From the NCBI GenBank assembly GCA_965200155.1, contig CBDATR010000022.1, positions 1-59,408 of the forward strand: a stretch of DNA of 59,408 nucleotides, read 5' to 3'. The notes under the pieces are model-generated. The model had not been told where the DNA came from. It did not search any database and was given only the letters and a program-made list of their open reading frames with translations. Below are positions 1 to 10,110 of the stretch, piece by piece. The number at the start of each line of letters is the position of its first letter. The first letter of the stretch is position 1. The DNA comes from Nitrosopumilaceae archaeon. Its GTDB lineage: Archaea > Thermoproteota > Nitrososphaeria > Nitrososphaerales > Nitrosopumilaceae. Position numbers and translations under genes: made by a program.

Positions 1-392
1 AGTGATATAGAATGATCACCTGGTGGTCGTATCCTACGATCTGGAGTAAATTCTTCTGTAGTAAATTTACCACAAATGCCGACTTCGGGTGCTATGATTG
101 TATATGTATTATCTGAATTTTCTCTAAATTTGAATGAGATAGTTCTAGATTCCTCAAGTCCTGATTTAGGAATTACGTTAATAGTTGAATTATACCATCC
201 ATCACTTTGAAGGCGAGTGTGAAATTGGTGTGTTGAAAAATCACTTGATGTTGTATATGATTCCTCATCTATTAGTTTCTGTAAATTATATATGATCCGA
301 TCATCGTATGTTATAGTATTGTTAGCGTCAGCCAACGCAGTTCCGGCGATAGGGATAATCGCGAGTAATGCTAAGAAGTAAGTTTTATTCAC
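1..392 (-). CDS. Secreted hypothetical protein, runs off the window edge
   Basis: Hand translation from GTG at 392: MNKTYFLALLAIIPIAGTALADANN..., signal-peptide-like N-terminus, no stop before position 1. Confidence 0.6.
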   Translation of the reverse strand, partial: MNKTYFLALLAIIPIAGTALADANNTITYDDRIIYNLQKLIDEESYTTSSDFSTHQFHTRLQSDGWYNSTINVIPKSGLEESRTISFKFRENSDNTYTIIAPEVGICGKFTTEEFTPDRRIRPPGDHSIS

Positions 393-509
393 TAATATTT
401 TAACCAACAGATTGCTAATAAATATAATAGACCGTATGCGCAGAATCACTTCTCCCACCCTGCACGTCTAAACCAAGTTATTAGATACGAACAATTGACC
501 TAGTATCAT

Positions 510-2183
510 GTATGAGTTCACGTGTTTTGATCATTCACTAAGATATAGATTGGTATGGCAATATTTTACTTAAATACCAAATTTGCAATAAGAATCTAAT
601 GAGAAGACGCCGGTCCTATAAGGAATTGGAACTGGAAAATAAACTTCTTCAGGATACCCTTGCGTCTACCAAGAAAGATCTTGCACATTACAAGGAACAT
701 GCGAGAGTATTGGAAGCATATGTGTCACACACCACAAAAGAAATACGAAATCTCACACAAGATTTCCAAATTATTAGGAATTATGTAAATGAATTGAATG
801 AGAAATTAAAAGAAAAACAGGGGAAAATTGTGGTACTCACAACGCGACTTAAATATTATGAGAATGCTCACTCGCCACCATCCCTTCAATCCCTCCAGTA
901 CAAGAAGCGAAAACAGGAGGAGCAGAAGCGAAAACAGGGAGATAATAAGCAACAGAAAGAAGCCAGTACGAAATCAGCCAAAAAGGCTGGCGCTCAAAAG
1001 GGACACAAGGGGGTTTCCCGTTCCCACAACCCCGGCAGAGTAGTGCATCACACCTTTGAGTACACACCAATATGTGAGTGCGGCAATATAATGACAAAAA
1101 TTGGTTGGAAACAACGACACATAACGGAATTAATACCAGCCAAAATAGAGGAGACCCTTCATGTGATAGAAATGGCTGCATGCAAGTGCGGCAAAAAACA
1201 ACTGGCCCCAGCAGCTGGCGTCCCAAAGAGTGGTAGTTTTGGGGTTCAATTATGCGGTGCCATCACTGCATTGCGTGCGGAAAAGATTCCAATAAAACGC
1301 ATACCTGTAATTTCGAAGGATCTCTTCGGCCTAAATATATCGGTGGGTGCAGTAAACAACATAATTGCCAGGGCCGCCGATGCATGTGAATCATTTATGG
1401 AAACAATTCATGAGAATATAATAAAATCACCCAGCATTCATGTGGACGAAACTGGTATATCACTGGCGGGTAGGCGTGGTTGGGTATGGGGGATGCGGGC
1501 CGAAGAGTGGATGATGTCCATATATGACAAAAGTAGGAGTTCAAATGTAGTGAACAAATACCTTAACGGTTACCAGGGAGCGATAGTAACGGACAGGTAC
1601 GTTGTGTACCGCCGGTTTGATGACGGTGGGAAGCACCAGTTGTGTTGGGCGCATTTATTGCGCGATACCCAGGCATTACATGCAGGATTCTATATTGATC
1701 CCGGTGCTCAGGACACCCGGATCAAACTTGACAACGACCTGAAAGGATTGTTCCGGAGCGCACGGGAATCCCTGAATCACTGCGGGCCGTCCGCGCAATT
1801 ACGACACTCATTTGAGACAGGAGCAGAATCCATTCTGCATCAGTACTGTGATGTTGATGATACTGAACTACAAAAGAAGGTAAAAGGATTGAATAAGGCC
1901 ATACCCGGCATGTTCGTATTCTTAGAATATGACTGTGTAGAGCCCACCAACAATCCAGCGGAGCAGGCTTTGCGATACGCAGTGGTATTCCGCAAGATTA
2001 GTGGTCAGATAAAGGGTGGCGAAAGGGCAATGCGCCGCATGTCTACATTTGTATCATGTGTTCAGACATGGAGGGCTCAAGGCCTTTCTGTTATGAACGA
2101 GGTTGCTGCCAGAATGCAGTTATAATTAAAAAAACTGGGATGCATTCTATCTTATTATGTGATCAAAACACGTGAACTCATAC
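510..2183 (+). mobile_element. IS66-family insertion sequence, single-ORF (ISBst12-like), 1674 bp
   Basis: Perfect 24-bp terminal inverted repeats GTATGAGTTCACGTGTTTTGATCA; 8-bp target duplication AGTATCAT (502-509, 2184-2191). Confidence 0.95.
599..2125 (+). CDS. IS66-family DDE transposase
   Basis: Coiled coil, PPS...GAQKGHKG, zinc ribbon, HVDETG, TDRY, QLCWAHLLRD, PTNNPAEQALR motifs. Confidence 0.93.
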   Translation: MRRRRSYKELELENKLLQDTLASTKKDLAHYKEHARVLEAYVSHTTKEIRNLTQDFQIIRNYVNELNEKLKEKQGKIVVLTTRLKYYENAHSPPSLQSLQYKKRKQEEQKRKQGDNKQQKEASTKSAKKAGAQKGHKGVSRSHNPGRVVHHTFEYTPICECGNIMTKIGWKQRHITELIPAKIEETLHVIEMAACKCGKKQLAPAAGVPKSGSFGVQLCGAITALRAEKIPIKRIPVISKDLFGLNISVGAVNNIIARAADACESFMETIHENIIKSPSIHVDETGISLAGRRGWVWGMRAEEWMMSIYDKSRSSNVVNKYLNGYQGAIVTDRYVVYRRFDDGGKHQLCWAHLLRDTQALHAGFYIDPGAQDTRIKLDNDLKGLFRSARESLNHCGPSAQLRHSFETGAESILHQYCDVDDTELQKKVKGLNKAIPGMFVFLEYDCVEPTNNPAEQALRYAVVFRKISGQIKGGERAMRRMSTFVSCVQTWRAQGLSVMNEVAARMQL

Positions 2184-2413
2184 AGTATCATGGGTTTTCA
2201 CACACAGACTCATGTGAAACAGAAAAGTTAAGACCTAATTTTGTAATACCAGGTATGCTAAAAGCAGAACTCACCAAGGAGCAGAATAGTACAACCGTCT
2301 ACGCACCGAGGCCGAAGTAACAAACCTGCGTGGCAAACTTGAAGCTCAAACAAAGAATGCCCTCGTTTCAAATCTCGATGACATCATAGAACGCAAGGAT
2401 CAGCTTCATTCCC

Positions 2414-2505
2414 GTATGAGTTCACGTCTTCCGGAATCTTATGCACAAATCACATTAACTGTCGCGATCAGTTATGCGTAAATTTAGACACAGGTGAACT
2501 CATAC
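2414..2505 (+). mobile_element. 92-bp IS66-derived MITE, copy 1
   Basis: Ends GTATGAGTTCAC/GTGAACTCATAC as in the IS66; flanks TCATTCCC/TCATTCCA (7/8). Confidence 0.92.
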
Positions 2506-2536
2506 TCATTCCATGACCGGATACACTCCGGAAGAG

Positions 2537-2628
2537 GTATGAGTTCACGTCTTCCGGAATCTTGTGCACAAATCACATTAACTGTCGCGATCAGTTATGC
2601 GTAAATTTAGACACAGGTGAACTCATAC
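2537..2628 (+). mobile_element. 92-bp MITE, copy 2
   Basis: Same sequence; no target duplication, joins two unrelated truncated elements. Confidence 0.9.
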
Positions 2629-2971
2629 ATGAAACTTGATATGACAATATTTGCTTAAATTGTAGTATGAGCAGACGTCGGGCCATGAGGAACTGCAAAT
2701 CTCCGGATACCCTTGCGTCTACCAAGAGAGATCTTGCACACTACAAGGAACGTGTAAGAGTATTGGAAGCACATACGTCACGCACCATAGAAGAAATACG
2801 AAATCATATACCAAATTATTAGAAATTATGTAAGTGAATTAAAAGAGAAATTAGTAGAAAAAGACAGGAAAATTGCGGTATTCACAACGCGACTTAAATA
2901 TTATAAAAATGCTCACTCGCCACCATCCCTTCAATCCCTCCAGTACAAGAAGCGAAAACAGGAGGAGCAGA
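2629..2971 (+). pseudogene. Degenerate 5' fragment of the IS66 transposase
   Basis: Aligns by eye with ~540-925 (e.g. ggatacccttgcgtctaccaag, ccaccatcccttcaatccctccagtacaagaagcg) with indels. Confidence 0.85.
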
Positions 2972-3448
2972 GTATGAGTTCACGTGTTTTGATCATACGA
3001 TGAAACTTGATATGACAATATTTGCTTAAATTGTAGTATGCGCAGACGTCGGGCCATGAGGAACTGCAAATCTCCGGGATACCCTTGCGTCTACCAAGAG
3101 AGATCTTGCACACTACAAGGAACGTGTAAGAAGCAGACATAACATAGAAAAAATGCGTTTAGAAATTATGTAAATGAATTGGAAGGAAAACGGTATGAGT
3201 TCACCTGTGTCTAAATTTACGCACAACTGATCGCGACAGTTAATGTGATTTGTGCACAAGATTCCGGAAGACGTGAACTCACGGAAAACGGGAGAAAATT
3301 GCGGTAATCACCGCTCGGCTTATATGAGAATGCTCACTCTCCACCATCCCTCCAGTACAAGCATGAGGTTGCTATAAGAATGCAGTTGTAATTAAAAAAC
3401 TTGGATGCATTCTATCATATCATATGATTAAAACACGTGAACTCATAC
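2972..3448 (+). mobile_element. Internally deleted IS66 derivative containing a nested MITE
   Basis: Left TIR at 2972, right TIR (one mismatch) ending 3448; interior matches both ends of the IS. Confidence 0.85.
3193..3282 (-). mobile_element. MITE copy 3 (reverse, 2 nt lost at one end)
   Basis: Reverse complement of MITE; perfect TSD GGAAAACG. Confidence 0.9.
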
Positions 3449-3534
3449 CATTATGCACAAGCATACCAGATACAAGAAATTTTTGAAAAATATCTGTCTA
3501 TAATTTCCGTGATATTATAATTCGAATATTACTC

Positions 3535-3626
3535 GTATGAGTTCACGTCTTCCGGAATCTTATGCACAAATCACATTAACTATCGCGATCAGTTATGCGT
3601 AAATTTAGACACAGGTGAACTCATAC
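3535..3626 (+). mobile_element. MITE copy 4
   Basis: Flanks TATTACTC/CATTACTC (7/8). Confidence 0.92.
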
Positions 3627-3677
3627 CATTACTCATCAGAAAATCCACTAAATTAATGGGTTTTGTGGTAACCATTT

Positions 3678-3769
3678 GTATGAGTTCACGTCTTCCGGAA
3701 TCTTATGCACAAATCACATTAACTGTCGCGATCAGTTATGCGTAAATTTAGACACAGGTGAACTCACAC
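3678..3769 (+). mobile_element. MITE copy 5
   Basis: Perfect TSD AACCATTT. Confidence 0.93.
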
Positions 3770-3793
3770 AACCATTTAGCTCACTCATGATAT

Positions 3794-3885
3794 GTATGAG
3801 TTCACGTCTTCCGGAATCTTGTGCACAAATCACATTAACTGTCGCGATCAGTTATGCGTAAATTTAGACATAGGTGAACTCATAC
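3794..3885 (+). mobile_element. MITE copy 6
   Basis: Same 92 bp; flanks match only 5/8. Confidence 0.9.
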
Positions 3886-4002
3886 TAATATATCATCTAA
3901 AATGGAGGCAGATATCTATGCTTAGAAAACCGCAAAAAACGTTCTCAAAACATAGGGTCTACTCCGAATGTTTTTAACATTATATGTCAACTAATTTTTA
4001 AT

Positions 4003-5661
4003 ATGTTACAATCTACTAACCATAACAATATCACACTTAAAGCTTTAATCGGGGGAGGGGGTCTCCTCCTTGCACTTTCACTAGTATTAGTACCGGCCAC
4101 TGATCTTGCGTTTGCTCAAACAAGCGAGTCTATCACCATATCTGTATCTGAGATCACCTCCACTGGTGCCACCGTTACATGGAATCAGTACAAAACTGAT
4201 ACCGAATATGTCGTGGCGTTACGTGATGGAAATGGAGGTGGAATTCCCGGTGGCGTAACACGCGTTACCGGAACCACACATGATATTACCGGACTGACTC
4301 CTGACACCGACTATAGGGTATTTGTCAGAACCATTGGAGCAGGCCATGTCAAGTCCAACATTATATCCTTTAAAACAACTGATAGTGCCTTTAGTTTCAC
4401 TAATACCATAGCAAACTTTACCATGAATGAGGCCGAGATAAAAACCATACCACTCAGCGTAACCCCTGCGAGTGATTCTGTCACATATGCGATAACCAAA
4501 CAGGACGGCACGACTGCACCCAGATTTGCATTCATAGCTCCCGTATCTTCTAACGGTACAAATACAGACGGCATTGTTTTGATTCCTGACAGAACCGAAG
4601 ATGGTGAATATTTGCTGCGCGTCACGGCAACTATTGGTAATGACACCGCCACTGAAAACTTTGCACTTACCGTAAGTGACTCTGGTATTGATCCACCCCA
4701 AATCAAAACCGAAACTAGCACCTCTGTAACTATAGAGGTCGCCTCAGAGGACTATAATCCACAAGACGCAACCTGTACATTCGCCGATATCCACCCAACC
4801 TCTTCCGGACCTTCAAGTGCCGTTTCACATAGTTTCAGAACAAACCCTCTAACAATTACGGGCCTCTTACCTGATACTGCATACACCATAATTGTGGGCA
4901 AAGAATGCATTCCCATTGGACATCTGGGAACACTCCAGTTCCCTGCATCTCAAGGTAGTGTAGGACAATCATCTCAAAGTAGTGTAGGAAAATCATCTCA
5001 AGGTAGTGTAGGAAAATCATCTCAAGGTAGTGTAGGACAATCATCTCAAAGTAGTGTAGGAAAATCATCTCAAGGTAGTGTAGGACAATCATCTCAAGGT
5101 AATTTCAGATTCCCTGACATAAATGACATTACCATGGCCGAGGGCACAGTACATACCATACAGCTAAATGTAATAGATCCGGATAATAGGGACATCACAT
5201 ATAGTGTAGTGGTCCTGAACGATGAGATACCTGGATCTGTAAGAATATTCCATGATAACCTCCTACAGCTGGCGCCTGATAGAACAGCGGCAGGAAAATA
5301 CACTCTGCGCGTCACAGCAACTGCTGGTAGCGACACCACAGATGCTGACTTTGTACTTACCGTAAGTGACCCTGGTATATCTCCACCCAAAATCAAAACT
5401 AAAACTAGCACCTCTGTAACTGTAGAGGTCGCCTCAGAAGACCATAATCCACGAGACGTAACCTGTACGTTCGCAGATATCTACCAAACCTCTTCCGGAC
5501 CTTCTGGTGTCGTTTCACATAGTTTCAGAACAAACCCTCTAACAATTACGGGCCTTTCACCTGATACCGCATACACCATAACTGTGGGCAAAGAATGTAT
5601 TCCCATCGGACAACTGGGAACCCTCCAGTTCACTACATCATCTAGTGACAGTCAGACATGA
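4003..5661 (+). CDS. Secreted surface protein with fibronectin type III and cadherin/Ig-like domains and Ser/Gly/Gln linker
   Basis: Signal peptide; repeated ITGLxPDTxY FN3 signatures; internally duplicated domain pair. Confidence 0.8.
   Translation: MLQSTNHNNITLKALIGGGGLLLALSLVLVPATDLAFAQTSESITISVSEITSTGATVTWNQYKTDTEYVVALRDGNGGGIPGGVTRVTGTTHDITGLTPDTDYRVFVRTIGAGHVKSNIISFKTTDSAFSFTNTIANFTMNEAEIKTIPLSVTPASDSVTYAITKQDGTTAPRFAFIAPVSSNGTNTDGIVLIPDRTEDGEYLLRVTATIGNDTATENFALTVSDSGIDPPQIKTETSTSVTIEVASEDYNPQDATCTFADIHPTSSGPSSAVSHSFRTNPLTITGLLPDTAYTIIVGKECIPIGHLGTLQFPASQGSVGQSSQSSVGKSSQGSVGKSSQGSVGQSSQSSVGKSSQGSVGQSSQGNFRFPDINDITMAEGTVHTIQLNVIDPDNRDITYSVVVLNDEIPGSVRIFHDNLLQLAPDRTAAGKYTLRVTATAGSDTTDADFVLTVSDPGISPPKIKTKTSTSVTVEVASEDHNPRDVTCTFADIYQTSSGPSGVVSHSFRTNPLTITGLSPDTAYTITVGKECIPIGQLGTLQFTTSSSDSQT
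4946..5101 (+). repeat. 24-bp coding tandem repeat, 6.5 units (SSQGSVGQ/K)
   Basis: CATCTCAAGGTAGTGTAGGACAAT variants. Confidence 0.95.
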
Positions 5662-5960
5662 CCGACGAAAGTAAGACATCTTTAGTCCTAAGTACAACCG
5701 TAAGTGGCAATGATGTTACTCTAAGCTGGAACAACTTGGAAAATACCTATGTCGTGCTGGTATTTGATGGGGAAAGAGACCGAATCATTGAAGGCGGATC
5801 AGCACACGTATCAACTAACTCATATATGCTCAATGACCTAGACGCTGACACATATACGGCATTTGTGAGAACCACTGGATCCTCAGGAACTCATACCATG
5901 TCCAACACTGCAACCTTTACCATCACCAGTTATTTTTTATTAATTTATTTTTCAGTTTAG
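5658..5960 (+). CDS. C-terminal FN3-like domain split off the preceding gene by a frameshift
   Basis: Homologous to the C-terminus of the 42862-44722 paralog, where it is fused. Confidence 0.7.
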   Translation: MTDESKTSLVLSTTVSGNDVTLSWNNLENTYVVLVFDGERDRIIEGGSAHVSTNSYMLNDLDADTYTAFVRTTGSSGTHTMSNTATFTITSYFLLIYFSV

Positions 5961-6121
5961 GTTGGCTCACGCGTTTTGAACATGAGCAGATGCCAACTTG
6001 TAACCCGGCTTATATGAGAGTGCGGTAGAGCCGCCAACCAGAAAGGCTGGCGCATTCCCACAGACCAACTAGAATGTGCGGCAGCAGTATGTGGGAATGA
6101 TTCCGATACGTATTGGGTGCG

Positions 6122-6230
6122 GTAAACAAAGGGGCGACCATTCCTGCCCAACGAGGGAACCTTTGCAATCATCACCCCAATACTCATTGTAGGTGTAAAC
6201 AAAGGGGCGACCATTCCTGCCCAACGAGGG
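6122..6230. repeat. Two identical 36-bp direct repeats separated by 37 bp
   Basis: GTAAACAAAGGGGCGACCATTCCTGCCCAACGAGGG at 6122-6157 and 6195-6230; partial third copy ~6240-6252. Confidence 0.9.
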
Positions 6231-6244
6231 GGCGGTTTACCTGC

Positions 6245-6500
6245 CCAACGAGCCAGACCTGTCACGTGTGTGGGCACGTTGACAAGGAATCACGATCAAC
6301 TAGGGACACATTCAATATGTAACCAGGAATTTCACGCCGATATCAACGCGGCGTTTAGTAACCGGTTTCCATGTATGGGGCGGCAGAGCGTGTCATCCGG
6401 GGGTGGGGAACCGTTCCCCGCCCAACCGGAGGCGTCAGGGCGGGAATAATGGTGACAAGCCAAAGTCATGTACTGTCCAGAGCGAGGCGCCATGTTCTCA
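6245..6500 (+). pseudogene. tnpB: tnpB (IS200/IS605) 3' remnant with downstream end region
   Basis: TSQTCHVCGH zinc ribbon and HADINAA motif; 6380-6495 similar to 57900-58035. Confidence 0.75.
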
Positions 6501-6561
6501 AAGATTGGGAATTATATAGTTAGAATCAAAGTTTATATTACAGTACTATAATGATAATTCC

Positions 6562-7523
6562 ATGATGAAAATAGTACAGAACGGTCCCGGCAAGGCACAC
6601 CGTAAAGGTATGTCACTCATTGAGATAATAGAACGGTTCCCAAATGATAAGACAGCAATGGAATGGTTCGAGGGAATCGTATGGAGTGACGGCCGGAAGT
6701 GTCCCCGTTGTTCCAGTCATGGAACCACTGAAACAACCAACCAGTCCATGCCATACTACTGTCATTCTTGCCAGAAGCGGTTCAGCGTTAGAACGGGAAC
6801 CATCATGGAGTCATCACGGATAGGTTACCAGAAATGGGCTATCGCCATCTACCAGTTCATGACCAATGTAAAAGGTGTCAGCTCCATGAAACTACATCGC
6901 GACTTGGGCATAACACAAAAATCGGCGTGGTTCATGTTACACCGTATACGCGAGGCATGTGGTGATAATGGTTTAAAACTGAATGGACCAGTCGAGATTG
7001 ACGAGTCCTATTTTGGTGGCAAGGAGAATAACAAACGACTCAATGTCAAGGGCGGTTCTCGTGGCAAAACAGCCGTAGTCGGTATGAAAGACCGCAAGGG
7101 GAAATATACGATTTCCAGTAAGACTGAAACGGTACGCGCCAAGCCAATACCCGAAGTGACAGCGGCACGTCTCGGCAAATTTATTCAGGAGAACGCCGAG
7201 GCGGATGCCGTGAAATATACGGATGAAAATACGGCATACAAATCACTATCGAGGCATGAGAGTGTGAAACATAGCGTTGGTGAGTATGTTCGTGGTATGG
7301 CACACACCAATAGAACCGGTTACAGTCGTTCTGGGCGTTACTGAAACGGGGATATGAGGGAGGGTTCCACCAAATCAGCACAACCCATCTATTCCGTTAT
7401 GTCAACGAATTTGCGAACCGTTTAAACATTCGTGACATGGATACCATTACCATGATGGAGGACTTGGTCAGAAATACTATTCATAAACGGCTAACGTATG
7501 AGAGGTTGATCACTCATGCATAG
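6562..7523 (+). pseudogene. IS1595-family transposase, frameshifted near 7320
   Basis: CPRC/CHSC zinc ribbon, TGTIME, VEIDESY, YTDE, HTN; the other frame continues WALLKRG...YVNEF. Confidence 0.88.
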
Positions 7524-7606
7524 AACAATCCACACGAACTGATCTAGCGGCTGCACATATCACACACCATCATCATTCCAGATATGAATTTAATGGGGTG
7601 TTCTAA

Positions 7607-9583
7607 TTGGGAGCACCGAACTGGAAGAATAGAACCATGTGGACCGGCGATAACCTGGAGATAATGCGTGGACTGAATAGTGAGTCGGTCAACCTGATAT
7701 ATCTTGACCCGCCATTCAAGTAAACGTGACTATGCCGCACCCATTGGTTCAAAGGCAGCTGGAGCTGCATTCAAGGATACATGGACAATAAATGATATTG
7801 ATTATACAGAACATGGGTTAATAGCGGAAAAAGAACCGGGTATATATTCAATCATTGAGGCCGCCCGAGTAGCTCATAGTAAGTATGAGTTCACGTCTTC
7901 CGGAATCTTATGCACAAATCACATTAACTGTCGCGATCAGTTATGCGTAAATTTAGACACAGGTGAACTCATACGGTTGCACTTCTCACTGGATATAGAT
8001 AACGGCGAAACGCCGCTTCAGGAATAAAAAGGCGACCTAGACAATTAGGGCAAATGATGCAAAATGGATGGAGCGGGATGCCAATGACTAGCGGACCGAC
8101 TTTTCATACATTACAGATGATACTGAACTACAAAAGAAGGTAAAAGGATTGAATAAGGCCATACCAGGCATGTTCGTATTCCTAGAATATGACAGTGTGG
8201 AGCCGACCAACAATCCAGCGGAGCAGGCTCTGCGATACGCGGTGGTATTCCGTAAGATTAGTGGCCAGATAAAGGGTGGTGAAAGGGCCATGCGCCGCAT
8301 GTCCATATGTGTTCAGACATGAAGGGCTCAGGGCCTTTCTGTTATGAACGAGGTTGCTGCCAGAATGCAGTTATAATTAAAAAAACTGGGATGCATTCTA
8401 TCTTATTATGTGATCAAAACACGTGAACTCATACCATAGTAAGTCCATGATGTCATATCTCATCATGATGTCTAGCAGATTAATAGAGATGAAGCGTGTT
8501 TTACGTGATGACGGTTCCATATATCTACACTGTGATGGAACAGCCAGTCATTATTTGAAGGGATTAATGGATTCCATATTCGGTAGGGAAAATTTCAAAA
8601 ATGAGATAATATGGAAGAGGACAAACGGTCATCCACTTTCAATTAAGAAATTTGAGATTGTCACTGATTCCATATTATTATATTGGAAATCACAGAATGG
8701 TTATTTTCATTCAGTCACCAAACCACTTAGTCAAAAGTCCTTGGCAGCCTATAATCAACATGACAAGTATGGCAGATACTGCCATAAAGATATGACAGGT
8801 GGGAAGGGCGGTGGTAAGGAGTCATACTATCCTTGGAATGGTACTCTACCATCAAAAGGGCGGGGCTGGGCGCCCACCACGCGTATGAAACTACCAAAAT
8901 GGGCGCAGGACAAACTACCAGATAACTATGAAAAGTTAAACCAACTTGAGAAATGTCATGTTCTGGATGATATATTGGTCAAAGAAACCATATGTTAAGC
9001 GGTACTTACCTGAAAATCCTTCGCAACCCGTACCCAATTTATGGGATGACATCACTAGACTATCAACACAGTCAAAAGAGAAAATAGGCTACCCAACTCA
9101 GAAACCACTCGCGTTATTGGAACGAATCATTACCGCTAGTAGTGATAAAGGTGATGTGGTATTGGATCCGTTTTGCGGATGTGCGACAGCCTGTATAGCC
9201 GCGGAACGACTGAATCGTTCATGGGTTGGGATTGATTTGTCGTCCTTAGCCATCAGACTTATAAAAACAAGAATAAAGAAGGACATTGGACTATTCGCAT
9301 ATAATGTATATGAACGTGATGACATACCAACACGGACGGATATTGGAACATTGCCGAATTACCGTACACACTATATGGGAAGCAGGAAGGAATGTGTAAT
9401 GCCTGTCGTGAGCATTTTCAGTTCAGGCATTTAGAGGTTGATCATATAATACCCAGAAGCCAAAGTAATGATAACCGCATTGAAAACCTCCAGTTGTTAT
9501 GTTCTTCTTGTAATAGGATAAAGGGTAATCGTTCACAAGCGTTTCTATTAACACAACTTACCAAAGAAGGGATCATAAACTGA
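7607..9583 (+). pseudogene. Beta-class adenine DNA methyltransferase with C-terminal HNH domain, disrupted
   Basis: WTGDNL..LIYLDPPF, GSIYLHCD, YPTQKP, DPFCGC, then CxxC..VDHIIP..NLQLLCSSCN; frameshifts near 7720, 8980 and 9370 plus insertion 7883-8434. Confidence 0.85.
7883..8434 (+). mobile_element. Composite element: MITE copy 7 (7883-7974) + ~140 bp unrelated DNA + IS66 3' end
   Basis: Single 8-bp TSD CATAGTAA flanks the whole unit (7875-7882, 8435-8442). Confidence 0.88.
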
Positions 9584-9757
9584 TATATAAATTCACAGCA
9601 CCCCTGATTTCACGAAACTATGTGTACGTGATTCTAACTATATAATTCCCAATCTGGAATCCAACGTTATTAATTACCGGAAGAGCTGTCCCCCTTTTAT
9701 TCCATGAATAATCCGTTTCAGTCATGATCGAGCGAATAATACTACTATCACTGGTAC

Positions 9758-9788
9758 GCTTCAATGAGGCCCGCTAGGCTGCAGAAAT
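9758..9788 (-). repeat. Solitary CRISPR-repeat-like unit (type I-G-like), copy a
   Basis: ATTTCTGCAGCCTAGCGGGCCTCATTGAAGC on minus strand. Confidence 0.6.
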
Positions 9789-9973
9789 CGAGCAGGTTAA
9801 CAACATATATGTTTTGTTCAGCTTGCGCCATACGTATTTAGCGATTATCATGGCCTCTCGCTATGATTGCCGATTCATGACTGTAGCGGTTCGCCCATGG
9901 TCTGTATACCCTGTCTTCATTCAAATTCAGCAATTCTGTCAAATCTCGCTTCATGTACGCCATTTCGGTGTCG

Positions 9974-10110
9974 CTTAAAAGGCAGGTCATGGGCTGGAGT
10001 GATTTCCAGTGAAATTAACTTGTTCTGATTGGCCTATTTACTTGAAGGACCCGTGAGTCCCATGCCTGTATATTACCACTCCTGGAATGGTGCCAGTGAA
10101 ATTTTCGTGG
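9974..10110 (+). other. Conserved non-coding leader of TGATCA array A
   Basis: Homologous to 21040-21158(-) and 27040-27184(-); first 16 nt recur at 46720-46735. Confidence 0.8.

Larger units (their letters stand above)
428..2536 (+). mobile_element. Remnant of a probable IS5-family (ISL2-like) element, interrupted by IS66 and a MITE
   Basis: End motif TAGACCGTATGCGCAGAATCAC at 428, shared with 19271, 48483, 50847 and 55342(-). Frameshifted reading frame at ~2255-2536 ends ...HSMTGYTPEE, resembling an IS5 transposase N-terminus. Family is inference. Confidence 0.35.
6502..9655 (+). mobile_element. IS1595-family element carrying a passenger methyltransferase-HNH gene
   Basis: Perfect 27-bp inverted repeat AGATTGGGAATTATATAGTTAGAATCA at 6502-6528 and 9629-9655; no TSD seen. 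Confidence 0.85.

Noticed and set aside
2414-3885. Clustered 92-bp repeats as a CRISPR array
   Set aside because: Too long, irregular spacing, mixed orientation, IS66 termini and 8-bp TSDs identify them as MITEs
3676-3977. ORFs beginning MYEFTSSGILC
   Set aside because: They are the stop-free frame of the MITE, not independent genes
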